Source: Eledone cirrhosa
Lineage: Eukaryota
Direction: 5' to 3'
Assembly: GCA_964016885.1 (NCBI GenBank)
Contig: OZ024752.1
Location: 4,526,001 to 4,590,000, forward strand
DNA length: 64,000 nucleotides
Position 1 is the first letter of the stretch. Each line of letters starts with the position of its first letter. The translations under genes and the position numbers were made by a program. This document shows positions 12,047 to 25,564 of the stretch, piece by piece. The notes below the pieces were generated by a model. That model saw only the letters and a program-made list of their open reading frames with translations. It was not told the DNA's origin and ran no database searches.

Positions 12047-13047
12047 GCCAGATTTCTAACAGGTTGAACAACCACTTAGCATATTCATTCTGTTAGAAAT
12101 AGCAAACAATTCTCATATCATATGTTATCATTAAAAAAAAAAAAGAAAGGACATATTTGATAATGCAATTCTAGATATATTTTACCTGAGAAAATAAACA
12201 GAAAGCTCACAAATGGAATACATTTGATCATGAGTCTACTCAATCATGATTAACCTGGGGCTTAACAATAACAACAACTTAAGTATCACAATTTCTTCCA
12301 AACACAAGAAGCAGTGTTTCACAGAGAAATGCTTTGGTTATTTGCTTAAAGAAATCTTCAAGGAAGAAGACATAAAAATAAACATCACAGATATTTGTTT
12401 TGAGATAAACATTCTGGTATATTATTGGAAATTCTTACCGATTGAGGGTTTTTTATAATGAAGCTCTCTCAACAGCAAACTGATACTATGTCTCTTTCAT
12501 CTATATATGTATGTGTGTTTGAATATATTATATCATGGTTTCTTAATTCCACATTTGTTTAAATGCATGTCGTGTGTGTGTGTGTGTGTGTGCAATTCTG
12601 CATTAGAAAACAAATGTATGAACACGTGCATGTGTATATATTATGTATGTATCATGTATGTGTGTGTTTACATAAGCTTTTATATGTAAACTATGTATAC
12701 AACTGTAGTTAAACATTTTTACTTAATATGAAATTATTACATGTTTACATATGTATGTGTGTGTGTCTCTACATGTGGTTGTGTGTTTGTTAAGATAATG
12801 AAGGTGTCTTTGTGTGAGGTTTCTTTAAAAGTAAGCTGTCATATCATATGTATATATCGTAAGCTGTCATATCATGTGTATATATCCTCCCTGTATCACA
12901 CATTCTGCTGTATTCAAACCCATGTAAAGTTGGTAGTAAACTCGAACCATATGAAAAATGGAGACCCCTTTTTAAAGTGGTGATTATGTAATATATATTT
13001 TAGTAATCAGTGCTAAATACTTATGATTTGTGTATGGGTTACAAGTA

Positions 13048-13227
13048 CGAGGGGTGCTGAAAAGTTCCTGGCTTTGGGTAAAAGAAAATACAGTAGGATC
13101 AGTTAATTTTGATTTTATTCAACATATTCCCCTCTCAGATTCACACACTTATTGCAGCAGTCCTACCTCCTCTGTAAAGGTAACAGCTCTACTCTTCCTC
13201 GATACTCTTAAAGCAAGCACCACCTCG
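13048..13227. mobile_element. mariner-type non-autonomous element
   Basis: TA-CGAGGGGTGCTGAAAAGT ... AGCACCACCTCG-TA. Confidence 0.65.
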
Positions 13228-14385
13228 TATGTTTATATATATATAGAGATTTAAAAGTGTCAAAGTCAGTGTTGCAGCTTATGTACAAACTTTATATATA
13301 TATATGTGTGTGTGAGTGTGTGTGTGTGTGCATGTCTCTGTTTACAAGTAACAAAACAGAATAGAACTAGGTGTGTAGGCCTTATTAAAAAATAGCCCCT
13401 CTGTCCCTTCCCGCTTAACCTGATCTAACTTGGTTGTGTGTCACACAATGTATTTGTCACATAACGTACTGTGACCAAAAATAAACCACAAAACACCCAA
13501 ACTAAAACAAAGACCAAAACAATTGTAGAGCTTCTGCAGTATATTGCAACTTACTATAAATACAGCAGGTAAAGCTTCAGAACATGATAGAATATATATG
13601 ATGCTTTGTTAAGGCACCATGTCGTGAGGGAATAACTATATTTGATATCATGATACCATACTGAATATCAAGCTGTATGATTACTGGATACAATTAAGCA
13701 GCCAGCTAGAGAACAACAATAATGTCAAGAAAAGCCATTATAAAATGAATAACGGTTTAACGGATGGGAATGTCAGTCAAACATGGTGGAGATTTCCACT
13801 AGCTTCCAGAATTCCTTTCAGATTCAGGTCAAGATGACCTTCAAATGCTACAAGTCAGAAGGTATACTTTGTAGTCACAACTTTATAATCACTACCATAA
13901 GTATCATCTATCCACTCTGCACTATTTCTTCTTCTTGCAACTATGGCTACCACCATTATCCTGATGCCATCCACTACTATTTAGCATTTTTTTTTACCAG
14001 AATCACTACTGTTGTTGCTGCTGCTACTGCTACCACCACCACCAATACCACCACTACTACTACTACTAGAACCCAACAGGGTAGACTCCATAGGATCACT
14101 GGCTTATAAGATATCTTACATATATATGGTAGTGATGATGACAAAGTGAGATTAGTAAAATCTCACAGACCATTACCTAATCAAGTGTTACACTATTTTA
14201 AGTTAATATAAACTAAATAGATTAGTTGTTATTAGCCAAGACAAACAGATGCCCCCTTAGGTTTACATCAGTGTATCCCAACTGTTTTTTCTCCTAAGGA
14301 CTCGTTATTTTAGAACTATTTTTCCCACAGATGCCCACCTCACTTATATCCCATTCACACCCCATTCTTAAACAAAGATATTATT

Positions 14386-14568
14386 TGGCAGTATCGGTAG
14401 AGGGTCGGATGCCATGCTTTCCAGCATAGTTACGTCCCTTTTACGATCTGAGTTCAAATCCCGCCGAGGTTGACTTTGCTTTTCATCCTTATGGGGTCGA
14501 TAAAATAAAGTACCAGTAATGCACTGGGATAATTGCTGGCCTTGTGCCTAAAATAGAAACAATTATTA
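14386..14568 (+). mobile_element. SINE family A
   Basis: Consensus-like copy. Confidence 0.85.
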
Positions 14569-14899
14569 ACAATAGAGAAATGTTTATATCTAGATACGAA
14601 TTGAGACTATACATAAGTGAGATGGAGATCCCTGGCCTGTCTGGGAGATCAGTAAACTTAATTCAGTACTGACTTGGTTTATATAGACCCACCTAGACCT
14701 TGCTAGCAAGGAAAACGGATGTTAAAATGGTGGTGGTGGTGGTGGTGATGATTGAATGAATACTGAATAGTGTGTGTATATTAAGTTTATAACAAAGTAC
14801 TTGAGAATCTCAGACCCCAGGCTGGTAACTGCTGGGTTACATCCACAGTTCTTACACTCTTTTAGTATATGCCTCACCAGATCACCTCCAAAAATCATA

Positions 14900-15300
14900 A
14901 CCCCCCCTCCCACCACCACTACCACCAACAGCACCACAACCACCAGCACAACCACCACCACCACTACCACCACCACCACCACTACCACTACCAGCACCAC
15001 CACCAACACCATCACCACCATCACCACAACCACCACCAACACCATCACCACAACTACCACCATCACCACCACTACCACCACCACTACCAGCACCAGCACC
15101 ACCACCAACACCATCACCACCACTACCACCACAACCACCACAACTACCACCATCACCACCACTACCACCACCACCACCATCACCACCACCACCACCATCA
15201 CCACCACTACCACCACCACTACCAGCACCAGCACCAACAGCACCACCACCACCACCACCACCACCACCACCACCACCACCAGCACAATCACCACCACCTC
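14900..15300. repeat. Degenerate (ACC)n microsatellite
   Basis: Direct; source of poly-T/H/V ORFs. Confidence 0.9.
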
Positions 15301-15854
15301 ATTTTAAAAAAAAACGTGCTTTAGTGCTAAAATGATATAATGTAAAATTTAGGAATTTACCTTCATAAAACCTGTCATCCTTTCAATGTTGAAATTGATC
15401 CCTAGGGAAGTGTGTGACCCACAATCACTGGCTTACAGAGAGCAAACCTGGGGGTTGAACAACAACAACAGTATCATCATCTTTGTCAACAAAATTACAA
15501 CAACTTCTCTTTATGGTTACTCAACATGGTGGAAATAGCAGCAGCCCCCATCCCTTCAAATAATATGCTACTATTTAAAAATAGGGGGCCATTAGCTAAT
15601 CCAGTCCCAGATACATTATGTGAAGAAGAGGAGGAGGAAGAGGAGATAAAGGTGCGTTGGTTATGAGTGAAAGAACCTTTGATCATAGGTTTACAAGATC
15701 AGGGTTTGCCTGGGGACAAAAGCAATAACAACAACTAAATCTTGTGAACTGAAGAGTGAGTCAACTTCATTTGCCTGCCACCAGGTGGCATACTTAGCTT
15801 GAAGGAGAAGTCTTGAAATCCATCTTCATTATTATCATCATGCTTTGAAGCAAA

Positions 15855-15993
15855 GAGTTACGTCCCTTTATGATCTGAGTTCAAATCCCGCCGAGGTTGA
15901 CTTTGCCTTTCATCCTTACAGGGTCGATAAAATAAAGTACCAGTAATGCACTGGGTAATTGCTGGCCTTGTGCCTAAAATAGAAACAATTATT
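15855..15993 (+). mobile_element. SINE family A, 5'-truncated
   Basis: Central domain and tail present. Confidence 0.8.
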
Positions 15994-16505
15994 ATCATCA
16001 CTACTACTACCACCGTCACATCATCATTATCAGGATTTTGTTTATATTTTTTTAGTTAAAATGTAAAGGTATCTATGCTTTTTTTCTGTTGTTGTTACCA
16101 GGTGGTATTCTTATTGAAGAGTAAAGCTTGGAACCCATCACAATATAACTACCATCCCCAACACTAACACCATCACCAACGGTATCACTACCACCACTAC
16201 CACCATCATCATCATCATAACCAGCACCACCACCATTGTCCTTTCTGTCACCAATACCACCACCATCATCATCATCCTTATAATCATCACCACCACCACC
16301 AACAAACAATATCATCACTCTCACCATCATCATCAGTAACACGACCGTTACCACAGCCATCAACACCACCACCACCGTTACTATGACGATAACCACCACC
16401 GTTACTATGACGATGACCACCGCCACCACGATGTTCATCACCATAATGTTATATATATTTTTTTTAAATATAAAGTTCCTATAGTTTGTGTTGTTGTTGT
16501 CTCTA

Positions 16506-17240
16506 TCATAACATAGTTCCTAGCTGTGGTGTAGAGTATGTAGTCCTTGTCATAACATAGTTCCTAGCTGTGGTGTAGAGTATGTAGTCCCTGTCATAAC
16601 ATAGTTCCTAGCTGTGGTGTAGAGTATGTAGTCCCTGTCATAACATAGTTCCTAGCTGTGGTGTAGAGTATGTAGTCCCTGTCATAACATAGTTCCTAGC
16701 TGTGGTGTAGAGTATGTAGTCCCTGTCATAACATAGTTCCTAGCTGTGGTGTAGAGTATGTAGTCCCTGTCATAACATAGTTCCTAGCTGTGGTGTAGAG
16801 TATGTAGTCCCTGTCATAACATAGTTCCTAGCTGTGGTGTAGAGTATGTAGTCCCTGTCATAACATAGTTCCTAGCTGTGGTGTAGAGTATGTAGTCCCT
16901 GTCATAACATAGTTCCTAGCTGTGGTGTAGAGTATGTAGTCCCTGTCATAACATAGTTCCTAGCTGTGGTGTAGAGTATGTAGTCCCTGTCATAACATAG
17001 TTCCTAGCTGTGGTGTAGAGTATGTAGTCCCTGTCATAACATAGTTCCTAGCTGTGGTGTAGAGTATGTAGTCCCTGTCATAACATAGTTCCTAGCTGTG
17101 GTGTAGAGTATGTAGTCCTTATCATAACATAGTTCCTAGCTGTGGTGTAGAGTATGTAGTCCCTGTCATAACATAGTTCCTAGCTGTGGTGTAGAGTATG
17201 TAGTCCCTGTCATAACATAGTTCCTAGCTGTGGTGTAGAG
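16506..17240. repeat. 44-bp minisatellite, ~17 near-identical copies
   Basis: GTCCCTGTCATAACATAGTTCCTAGCTGTGGTGTAGAGTATGTA tandem. Confidence 0.95.
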
Positions 17241-17910
17241 GAGTATGTTGTTGGCTGGGAGGCTTTAAGACAAGCATTTGGGAAAGATGTCAACATTTCA
17301 CCACACACACACACACACACACACACATATAGATACATGCACACACACATGCACATATACACACATATAAATACATGCAGGCACACACACAAACACTCAT
17401 ATATATGCACACATAGATACACCCACATACACATATACACATACATGCACACACACACACACACATAGACATATGCACTTACACACACACAGACACATAT
17501 ACATACATACACCCATGCACATGCATATATACACAAACACGCACACACACAGTGACATAAACACCTAGAAACACACTCACACACAGACATCTCTGTGACT
17601 TCTCCTCCAGACATAGTCTACCTACACTCCAACCCACCCCAGCTCTACTGATGATAGGAAATAAACTGGGTGGAAGTACATGAGGTGCAGTTTGATTTCT
17701 TATCTTGTCACCTTCCTTATAAGCATCATCCATCTGCCCCCCCCCCCTCACCACCATCAACTTGGTAACCACCCCACCTTGCCCACATCTGATTCTTTTC
17801 TTTCTATCTATCTATCTATCAGTCACACTACCCCACCCTCTCTCCATCTATCTATTTTATCTACTTTATCTATTTATCTGTTTCTGTCTATCTAATCTAT
17901 TTCTCCCCAC

Positions 17911-17991
<81 letters not shown>

Positions 17992-18009
17992 GAGAGAGAG
18001 AGAGAGAGA

Positions 18010-19140
18010 AGAGGTGAGTGATTTTGGAAACAGGGCAAACTCTTAAACGACCTCAGGTCGCACGGTATGGATGTGGTAGCCATTTGCGAGTCCAGGATCC
18101 ACAGCGAGCGACAGCTGGCCCCCATCTTCGACGACTTTGAGATCTACGCATCCCTCTGTCAGCCAGGAGGTGGGGGTGGGTTGCCGTTTTGCTGCGGAAA
18201 CACCTGGACCTCGTAACACAGACGGTACATCTAGACCCGGAGGGTCAACTGGTGGTCCTAGACGTTGATGGTAGTGAAGGTGGAGCCTTCAGGCTGGTGG
18301 CCGCATATGCCCCATCCGGGACACCGCGGCCAGACTTCTCCAAACATCTAGAGACTTTTCTGGGAATGTTCCGCTCCCTGCTGTTAGTGGGGGACTGGAA
18401 TGGAATCCTAGATGAACGTTGGGACTATGTGGAAGCATGTCCCGATAGAGGGGGAAACTGTCGCGCACGCATTTGTACACTGCCTGGGCGTTACCGACCT
18501 GTGGGGCTATGTAGAACAACTTTTGTCGCAGGTGGGACCAATCCAGTTGACCACCGAGTCGATTGTCATGATCAAACCGCCACCCTCCTTCAAAAACGAA
18601 GGAGAGGCGGTTTTCCTATGTGTTATGGCTATGGTGAAAGAGGGTATATGGTGGACGAGGTTAAAAGGGCTGAGGTTGGACACCTTTCTCTGCGGCGAAC
18701 AACTGATTCGTTTTTTCAAATAACATTTTGGAAGAAGAATCAGGATGGAGAGAGAGGTGCTGTACCCCAGGATGGAGAGAGAGGTGTTGTACCCCAGGAT
18801 GGAGAGAGAGGTGTCTACCCCAGGATGGAGAGAGAGGTGCTGTACCCCAGCAAATTTGATAAAAGGTGGGTGAATGTGGTTGGGCCTTCTCTCTATATAA
18901 GCCTATAGGTTGAGGAAAAAGAGGAAGAAAGGAAGGGAGTACTCACTCTTGGTGTTCCTGGAGATGAGGGTTGTACATTTTTTCGGGGTGTGTACAACCC
19001 CTGTGTAACGCCTCCCCCCTATTGGGGATTTCAATTGTTATTTGTTATTTTATTAATAGTTTTATTTTCATATACCTGTATGTAAACTCCCCATTCGTAT
19101 TTGTCCCCTTCTTTTGTGCCCTTGTGGCTAATAAAGAAAT
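18010..19140 (+). mobile_element. Internally deleted Tx1/L1-clade LINE (APE endonuclease joined to C-terminal Cys/His region, RT absent)
   Basis: MDVVAICES, GVAVLLRK, DPEGQLVVLDV, AAYAPS, LLVGDWN (APE), then ETVAHAFVHC...LW (zf-RVT-like); tail GCTAATAAAGAAAT; flanked 5' by (CT)n(AG)n. Confidence 0.8.
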
Positions 19141-20087
19141 TTATCTCTCTATCTATCTCTATTTGTTTATCTGTCAGCCTCTCTCCTCAGTATGTAACAG
19201 ATCTCCCACTACCACCCCCTCTATATCTCTTCCTTCCCTCTCTCTATCTGTCCATCTATCTATCTATTTATCTCTCTATCTGATCTATTTGTCTATATTT
19301 ATCTATCTTTGTCTTCCACCACCACCACCACCATCTCTCTCTGTCAGTTTGCCTCTTTCTTCAGTATATATCACATCTCCCACCACCACCAGTTCTCTAT
19401 TTCTTTCTCACCTCTGAACCTGTTGGCTCCCTCTGTCTGAAGTCACTATATTATATTATACTATACTATAGGTCTACCTCCCTCCCTTGTTTAACAAACC
19501 TCTTCACATTGCAGCCTGGTATATTTCATTAGTGACAAGCTGCTTACATTTTAATTAACCATAACTGGCCTGCAAAATCTCTTCAGTCCACCTTAAAAGA
19601 ACAGGAAACAACTGTCTGCTTCAGGAAAGAAAAAAAAGACAAGCCTTCCTCACCACCACCCCCTCCTTAAATTCCAGTCCACTCTATTTAGTTAATTTTT
19701 TTTTTTCTTTTTTCAGAAAAAAATTTGAAATTGAGTGTGTAGTTAATAAGTTTGCTTCTCAACTATATGTGGGTTTTTTGTTCAATATCCTTGAGGAACA
19801 TGTTTCTGTAATAACCTTGCATTGAGTAATGCCTTGTGAGTGACATTTGGTAGATGGAAACTGTACAGAAGCCCATTATATATATGTGTGTGTGTGGGGG
19901 GGGGGGGGTGCTTACTAACTATATGTGGTTTTGTTTCAATCTCACCAAGGAGTATGTGTTTTCTATAATAACCTAGCATTGAGTAATACCTTGTAAGTGA
20001 CATTTGGTAGATAGAAACTATACAGAAGTCCATTATGTGTGTACACGTAGCCATGTTAGTAAATGGATTTATATATCCCTTAGTAGA

Positions 20088-20310
20088 ATAATTGTTTCTA
20101 CTTTAGGCACAAGGGCAGCAATGTTGGGGGAAGAGGAAAGTCAATTTAATTGACCCCAGTGCATTACTAGTGCTTTATTTTATTGACCCCGTAAGGATGA
20201 AAGGCAAAGCTAACCTCGGCGGGATTTGGACTCAGAATGTAAAGGGACGTAACTCTATGCTGTAAAGCATGTTGTCCAACGCTCTACCGATACTACCAAT
20301 CCACCACCCT
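20088..20310 (-). mobile_element. SINE family A
   Basis: Reverse complement of the family consensus. Confidence 0.8.
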
Positions 20311-21764
20311 AATTAGAATAATAATTGACTAAAAGACTTTTATGGTAGTGTCCTAGCATAGCTTCAGTTCAATGACTGAAACCAGTGAAAAACATAAAAG
20401 AATAAATAAATTAATAAATAATGATGATCATCATCATACATCTGCTTTTCCCTGCTTGCAAGGGTGGGACGGGTCCTATTCAGCACAGCATCTCTCCATT
20501 CGTCACGGTCCTTCATCATCTCCTCTGTGAGCTTCAGTGATCTAATGATAATGATGATAATTATATTTACAACAAGGGTAATAGGTGGGGTACATTACAA
20601 AGAAAAATGACAGACTGTCAATGTCACACCTGTACACCTGTATGTGAATGTCTGTTTGTAGGTGTTTATATGTGTGTGTTATTTCAACCATACCACACAA
20701 CTACTCTACCACATGTCACCCATCAGAGAGTACAAGACTTCCCCTTGGACAGGATGTCAGGACATTGTAGGAGTAACCCCCAGCTGCTGGTATTAATTTT
20801 CAGCTGAGTGTTTGGGAATGATATAAAATGAAGTGTTTTGCTTAAGAATACAACAAAACACACCATCTGGTCCAGGAACCAAAACTATAACATTGCCATT
20901 GGAAGTCCAGCACCCTAACCACTAGGTCACATACCTTACTGCATCTACAGATTGACTTTTATCAGTTTTAGATGATCCTGCTTAGAGTGAAAGCAGAAAT
21001 TCATTACTTAAACTTTTAATCTGTACTAATAATATATATATTCATATTCAGAGAGAGAGCGATTATTTTTCTTTTGTAAATACACACAATATATCCTTCC
21101 TTTTTTAAAAAGTTAGAGTGTGATTTGAAGAAAGCTTAGTTGCTATTTCTGGCAGTTTAAACGACCACATTGTGGTTTCCTTATTAGTTTGTCTTCCATT
21201 TTGTCTTTCTTTGAGTTGGAGGGAAGGTGATAGCTTGTCTCTTCACATTGCTTGGCTTTGAAAGTGCCTGGAGCCAAGCTAAGCTATGGATGAATGCAAT
21301 CAGAGGAACTGCAGAATTTTTGTTATTGTGAACAAATTTTCTACTGAAAATAAAAGGTCATGGGTGAACCTTTACTGTCCCTTTCTCAGCCTCTGGGCCT
21401 TTCTTTTCTTCTATTTCCTCCTTTCTCAGCCTCTGGGCCTTTCTTTTCTTCTATTTCCTCCTTTCTCTGTAGAAATTACATTATGGAGGTGATTTCCTTA
21501 CAGACACTAACAAAATATTTTAACTTATTCCTAGTTTAAGACAGAGCATGCTTCTTCCAGATGTGTGTCTTGTTTATTTTGTCTTGTGTCACACCATCTT
21601 ATTTCACTACCATGAACCCAACATGGGAGCAACCATGTGGTTGTTTGAAATGCTAAAAATAGTAGATACCATGTGGTTGTTTAACAGTGATAAAAGCCCT
21701 ACTCTGTAGCTTTCAGGACAGTTAGAAAGAGGACCACTATATCATAGTTTGTGATAATCACTAA

Positions 21765-22240
21765 GATGGATTGGTAGAATCAATAACACATTGGACAAAA
21801 TGCCTTAGCATAGATTATGGCCCTTTACGTTCTGAGTTCAAATCCCACCGAGGTTAACTTTGCCTTTCATCCTTACGGAGTCGATAAAATAAAGTACCAG
21901 TAATGTACTGGCCTTGTGCCTAAAATAGAAACAATTATTTATTCCGGCACTTTAGGTGGATTTTCTGTATCAGTAGAGCATCAGACAACATGCTTTATGG
22001 CATAGAGTTACAGCCCTTTATATTCTGAGTTCAAATCCCACCGAGGTTAAATTTTCCTTTCACGCTTACGGGATTGATAAAATAAAGTACCAGTAATGCA
22101 CTGGGTAATTGCTGGCCTTGTGCCTAAAGTAGAAACCATTATTTATTCTGGCCCTTTACATTCTGAGTTCAAGTTCTGCTCAGGTAAATTTTACTTTTTA
22201 TGCTCCTGGAGTTGAGTTGATAAAATAAAGTAGCAGTAAT
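21765..22240 (+). mobile_element. Cluster of 2-3 tandem SINE family A copies
   Basis: Repeated CTGAGTTCAAATCCCACCGAGG...GATAAAATAAAGTACCAG blocks. Confidence 0.8.
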
Positions 22241-22249
22241 GTAGTGCAT

Positions 22250-22500
22250 GTGGAGGTGCATGGCCTAGTGGTAAGTATGTTGGGCTTACAATCATAATGT
22301 TATATGTGGCTGGGATGTCTGATCTGTTCTTGAAGAAAACACTTAATTTCATGCTGCTCTAGTATACACAGCTGAAAACGAGTACCAATAATAGCTGGGG
22401 GGGTTAACCCTGTGATGGACTGGCATCCTGACCAGGAGGAAATCTTGTACTCTCAGTTGCTTTACATCACAAAACTGGGATAAGCCCAGCCTGATGAGTC
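22250..22500 (+). mobile_element. Degenerate tRNA-derived CORE-like SINE
   Basis: TGGCCTAGTGGTAAG head; TTCTTGAAGAAAACACTTAATTTC...GCTCTAG...CAGCTGAAAACGAGTACC. Confidence 0.55.
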
Positions 22501-22714
22501 TCTGGGATTGTCATTGTTATGAGGGTAAGGTGTCCTCAAACATGAGACATTGCTCAAATGATTTCAAAATGAGTAAACCCTACTAAACCTACCCAAGGGC
22601 TATGTGCTGTTGGGTAGCTGAATAAATCTTCCACTCAAGTATAGCAGAGTGGTATTTGAACTCAGAACATGAACGAACAAAACAAATACTGCAAGGCATT
22701 TTATCTTACACTCT

Positions 22715-23072
22715 AACATGTGTCTAGCACCTGTGGGCATGCTTACAAAGTCACAAAACAGCACAGCTCCCATGACTTTTGGAAACATTTTTTCACACTC
22801 AGAGTTGCTGAAGCTTGGAACAAACTACCATCATCAGCTATTAGCTGTCGGGACATTGCATCCGTCAAAACTTCCATGGTTCTCGAAATTCGCCAACACT
22901 ACACCTGATATTCCCCCTCCATACACACGCAGGCATGTATCTGTGTGTATATCATGACTCATACACTGTTCACTTACCTGGCATTTGTGCAGTATTCTAT
23001 GTACTATACATGCACTTTTGATGAGTTGTAGTGCACCTGAGCTCTGTACACAATAATTTTCATTATTATTAT
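22715..23072 (+). mobile_element. CR1/L2-like LINE 3' fragment
   Basis: TCGHAYKVTKQHSSHDFWKHFFTLRVAEAWNKLP motif and (ATT)n tail. Confidence 0.8.
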
Positions 23073-23791
23073 TAATCAACCACCTTGGACTGGTACTATT
23101 TTATTAATTCCAGATGGTTGAAAGGTAGAATTGGTTTTGGCAAGTTGCAAGATTTAAATTTAGAGTGTAAAGATGCAGAACAAATACCTTACGTTATTTT
23201 GCCCAACACTCAAACAAATCTGGCAATTTGCTGCATATTCCTAGATATACTATCTTACTTCCAGCCATCATACATATATCTAAGAGTACATTATACACGC
23301 TGTTGTTATTTTATTAAAACAAAAGGGTATAATTTGAGTAATATATGGCTGCTATTTCTAACGGATTCTGCCACTATATAGGTGTGCCATCGTTGGTGAA
23401 GAGGTTCCAATGTTTACAATTGTTGGTAATCTGAGTCCTCTCAGGAAGGCCATTTCAGAATAGTAAATAGTATATCCAATAATTCTATATCTATTACATG
23501 TAAAGAGAAGGAGAATGTGTTTAAGTGTGTGTCTGAGAGAGAGAGAGGTAGAGAGAGTGTGTGTGTCTGAGAGAGAGAGAGAAAGAGAGTGCCTGAGAGA
23601 GAGAGAGTGTGTGTGTCTGAGAGAGAGAGAGAGAGAGAGAGTGTATATAGGATGAAAGTTTGTTGTCAATTAATTGAAATAAATGAGTGAAAATTATAGA
23701 AACAGAACAAATTAATAGATTACTCAACATCATTTTCAATTTTCCTGTGTCTGTGCATGCATATATATATATATATATATATATCTGTTTG

Positions 23792-23827
<36 letters not shown>

Positions 23828-23834
23828 CTGTCTG

Positions 23835-23870
<36 letters not shown>

Positions 23871-23996
23871 CTGTTTGGTGTGTGTGTGTCATCATCATCA
23901 TCATCAACGTTTAACGTCCGTGTTCCACGCTTGCATGGGTTTGGACGGGGGTAGTCCCACTTGAGGCAAGAGTGTATATATATATATATCTGTTTG

Positions 23997-24033
<37 letters not shown>

Positions 24034-24039
24034 TGTAGA

Positions 24040-24400
24040 AGTTCTATTTAAATTGTTGGGATACAACAAGCAAATATTTTTATAACTGATATAAAGCACT
24101 CAACAAATAATTGGAGTAAAAATACAATATATTAACAAATGGAAACTATATTTATAAAACCATATTTATTTCATTATACATATTTCAAGGACACCAAGTT
24201 AAATTATGGTGTGCTTTCATCAGATAAAATAATATATAGAGCAGTTTTATAAATAAATATTGACATACCCTTAAAGAATGCGACCATTTCTGTTGGAAGC
24301 TCCCGGATAGTGGGGTTATTAAATTTATTTATTCTATTATGCAAATTAGTGTCGGATATGTTTAAATCACAGTAGATTTAAAATAAGCCGTTGGGGTATG
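24040..24400 (-). mobile_element. Penelope-like terminal region carrying a hammerhead motif
   Basis: Homologous to 49308-49551 and 31115-31210; weak GIY-YIG C-terminal remnant (PYPNG..YCDL...EL) upstream on the minus strand. Confidence 0.55.
24166..24232 (-). ncRNA. Minimal type I hammerhead ribozyme
   Basis: Minus strand: TTATTTTAT-CTGATGA-AAGCACACCA[TAATTTAACT]TGGTGTCCTT-GAAA-TATGTAT-A-ATGAAATAA; stems I and II pair, core intact. Confidence 0.7.
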
Positions 24401-24477
24401 GAGAAAAGGAAAGAAAAGAAAGAAAAAAGAGAAAAAAGAGCAAACTCTAAGAGGAAAATAAGAAAACAAGAAAAAAA

Positions 24478-24510
<33 letters not shown>

Positions 24511-24512
24511 AA

Positions 24513-24986
24513 GGCACATGGCTTAGTGGTTGGAGCATTGGGCTTGCAATCGAAAGGCTGTGAGTTCAATTCTCAGACCGGGTGATGTGTTGTTTCCTTG
24601 AGCAAGACACTTTATTTCACATTGCTCCAGTTTACTCAGCTGTAGAAATGAGATGATAGGGACTGGGGTTCCTATCATTCCACTGCAAAGTGGTCATGGA
24701 GGTGCCACGGCAAAAAAGCACCCAGCCCACACTGTAAAGTGGACGTATAGGCGCCACGGGAAAAAAGTACCCAGCACTCACTGTATGTTGGACGTGTAGG
24801 CGCCACGGGAAAAAAGTACCCAGTAAATGAGGTTGGTGTTAGGAGGGGCATCCAGCTGTAGAAATCAAGCCAGAATCAGTTTCTGTATGAGCAAGACAAG
24901 GTCAGCCGACTGGACACTGCCCACAACAGGACAACCTGTCTAACCCATGCTAGCGTGGAAGAATGGACGTAAAACGGTGATGATGA
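24513..24986 (+). mobile_element. SINE family B (tRNA head, CORE-like domain, RTE-derived tail)
   Basis: TGGCTTAGTGG A-box, GAGTTCAATTCT B-box, CCTTGAGCAAGACACTT, (GAT)n tail; close inverted copy at 55645-56027. Confidence 0.85.
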
Positions 24987-25004
24987 TATATATATATTAT
25001 ATTA

Positions 25005-25335
25005 TAAAAAGGTGCATAAAAAGGTGCAGAGCACTAAAAGTCGATGGAAGCCTTGGAGTGGGGAGACCCAAGAAAACCAGGGATGAGGTGATAAAAGCTG
25101 ACCTTACCCAATTGCACCTCTCAAAAGTGATGACACAGGACTGTGACCTATGGCGTCACGCAGTAATACAGAAGGCCCGACTTCCCGCGGGTACAAGCTG
25201 AAGCATATAGACAATATGCCCCCACACCCTCCCACTACAAAGTGGTCATGGAGGTTCCACGGTAAAAAAGCACCCAGCACTCACTGTAAATGAGGTAGGT
25301 GTTAGGAAGGGCATCCAGCTGTAGAAACCTGCAAT
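25005..25335 (+). mobile_element. RTE LINE ORF end plus 3'UTR
   Basis: CIKRCRALKVDGSLGVGRPKKTRDEVIKADL...LWRHAV; matches 4900-5100. Confidence 0.8.
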
Positions 25336-25564
25336 GGCTGTAGCAATTTATTTGTGACCTCAGCTGGGCTTTTTAGTTTTAGGATGGTTAGAATTTTTGA
25401 ATTTAATATTTGTATATACCTTTTCAACTCTAATTACTGGCACCAAGCTAACTTTGATATGTAAAATTGGGGGGGGGGGGTTATTCTGTATTATAATTTT
25501 TTGTGTATTAGGGGCCCCCAAAACCTGAAGTGTCCCAGGGCCCCAAAGGTCTGAATGAAACCCT

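Larger units (their letters stand above)
9805..13000 (+). other. Possible terminal exon / long 3'UTR (end uncertain)
   Basis: Strong acceptor ttttgtttttttgtttttcgtctttttag|; all three frames close within 13 codons; AT-rich UTR-like sequence follows. Confidence 0.35.

Noticed and set aside
14722-15324. Poly-Thr/His/Val ORFs (also 30159-30605, 52236-52590 and many YI/HT/CV/LS ORFs)
   Set aside because: Translations of microsatellites, open in several frames and on both strands
24513-24585. tRNA gene
   Set aside because: A and B boxes belong to a SINE head; no complete cloverleaf acceptor stem, and the sequence continues into the SINE body
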